From a virus (Duplodnaviria > Caudoviricetes), in IMG/VR virus record IMGVR_UViG_3300031519_000218, positions 1 through 24,271 of that record: a stretch of 24,271 bases of DNA; one strand, written 5' to 3'. Shown here piece after piece: positions 23,447 to 24,271 of this stretch. A program made the translations under genes and the position numbers. The notes under the pieces are model-generated. The model was not told the origin of the DNA. It saw nothing but the letters and a program-made list of their open reading frames with translations, and did not search any database. Position 1 is the first letter of the stretch. Each line of letters starts with the position of its first letter.

Positions 23447-24271
23447 TTATTGCTCTTCAGCATCACTAGGGGCCGAAACTGGCGGATTTTCTTCGCCATC
23501 GCCCTCTTCAGGTGGTGCATCTTTAGCTTCCTGTTCGATTTGTTCTTTCATTTCTTTCATTTCTTCGTCAGACATACGCAGTACATTACGCAGTACCCAT
23601 TCTCTAGAATAGTAAGTACCAACATGCTCTTCAACTTCGCGTAGAGTTGTAAGTCTTTCGCGTGTGATTTCTGCTTCTTTCAATTCAGTGAAATAGTTGT
23701 CTTGAACAAAATCATAACGGATATCATTTTTAACTTCAGCAAATTCTTCTGGCGTCATGATACCTTTAAATACCAATTGCTTCTCAAGAATTTGCGTGAA
23801 TAGCGAAGAAAAACGTGATCTTAGTCTTCTAACAAATTTGCCGAACTTCAATTCATCGCGTGTAATTTCTGAAACTCTACCGAACGAAGCCATTGTTTCT
23901 GGCTCAAGTCTTGATAGAGGAACCTTGAGAGACTTATACAACTTTCTTTGGAAGTATGTCATGTTCTCATCGCTAGTTAGACCAGCGGCGTTACCACCTG
24001 CCAACACGTCAACTTCAGTCGAGCGCTCACCACCACGACGTGGGAACCACAAGTCTTCAGTCATAGTCATCATTTTACGAGCATCTGTAATTTCACCAGT
24101 GGCAGAATTATATTGAAGCTTGTTTTTGTGGCGAACCATCATATCTCTTAGATACTGTTCAGCTTTCGACTTAGGAAGGTTGCCAACGTCAATATAGAAG
24201 ACTCTTCTTTCAGGAGCGCGAGTGAGAGTGTAAATGACTGTCGCATCTTCAAGCATCCTTAACTGATTGAG
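23447..24271 (-). CDS. gp20: portal protein gp20, C-terminal part (5' end outside the window)
   Basis: MLEDA..IY..TRAPERRVFYIDVGNLPKSKAEQYL, EDLWFPRR, EITRDELKF. Confidence 0.98.
   Translation of the reverse strand, partial: LNQLRMLEDATVIYTLTRAPERRVFYIDVGNLPKSKAEQYLRDMMVRHKNKLQYNSATGEITDARKMMTMTEDLWFPRRGGERSTEVDVLAGGNAAGLTSDENMTYFQRKLYKSLKVPLSRLEPETMASFGRVSEITRDELKFGKFVRRLRSRFSSLFTQILEKQLVFKGIMTPEEFAEVKNDIRYDFVQDNYFTELKEAEITRERLTTLREVEEHVGTYYSREWVLRNVLRMSDEEMKEMKEQIEQEAKDAPPEEGDGEENPPVSAPSDAEEQ

Noticed and set aside
17215-24116. + strand ORFs over the head genes (17215-17844, 19367-19744, 20809-21270, 23757-24116) and alternative-frame ORFs 17268-17597 and 23024-23254
   Set aside because: They lie within gp23, gp22, the core proteins or gp20. 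17268-17597 also runs through the gene 23 terminator, and I saw no convincing frameshift signal.
1-24271. tRNA/rRNA genes or stop-codon reassignment
   Set aside because: No cloverleaf-like sequence was seen in the short intergenic gaps, and conserved genes are full length under the standard code.

Overview
A 24.3-kb AT-rich segment of a T4-like (myovirus) phage genome. The host is probably an alphaproteobacterium: the window encodes a GapR/DUF2312 homologue and has GANTC-rich promoters whose -10 boxes mostly lack the final T. The + strand (1-17053) carries accessory and nucleotide-metabolism genes: a carbamoyltransferase tail, SGNH-like protein, HAD phosphomannomutase, glutaredoxin, GIY-YIG protein, dNMP kinase, glycosyltransferase, RNase H, 30.2-like HAD, PhoH, a displaced PAAR spike tip, an exonuclease, DUF932, a CysC-like kinase with an HxGH nucleotidyltransferase, a stand-alone ligase Ia domain and GapR. 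It also has an array of small genes, each behind its own sigma70-like promoter cassette. The - strand (17056-24271) is the head module: portal gp20, two internal/core proteins, a small ORF, protease gp21, scaffold gp22 and major capsid gp23, with TATAAATA late promoters. The most notable signal is that the two genes between portal and protease look like capsid-targeted polyproteins. Their basic, often Glu-depleted modules (one is an HNH nuclease) are separated by repeated ESVELDEA-type linkers matching gp21 cleavage specificity. The second notable signal is that the early promoters carry positioned GANTC (CcrM/GcrA) sites, and three have the -35 box inside a hairpin loop. All family calls are from motif recognition by eye; no database searches were run.
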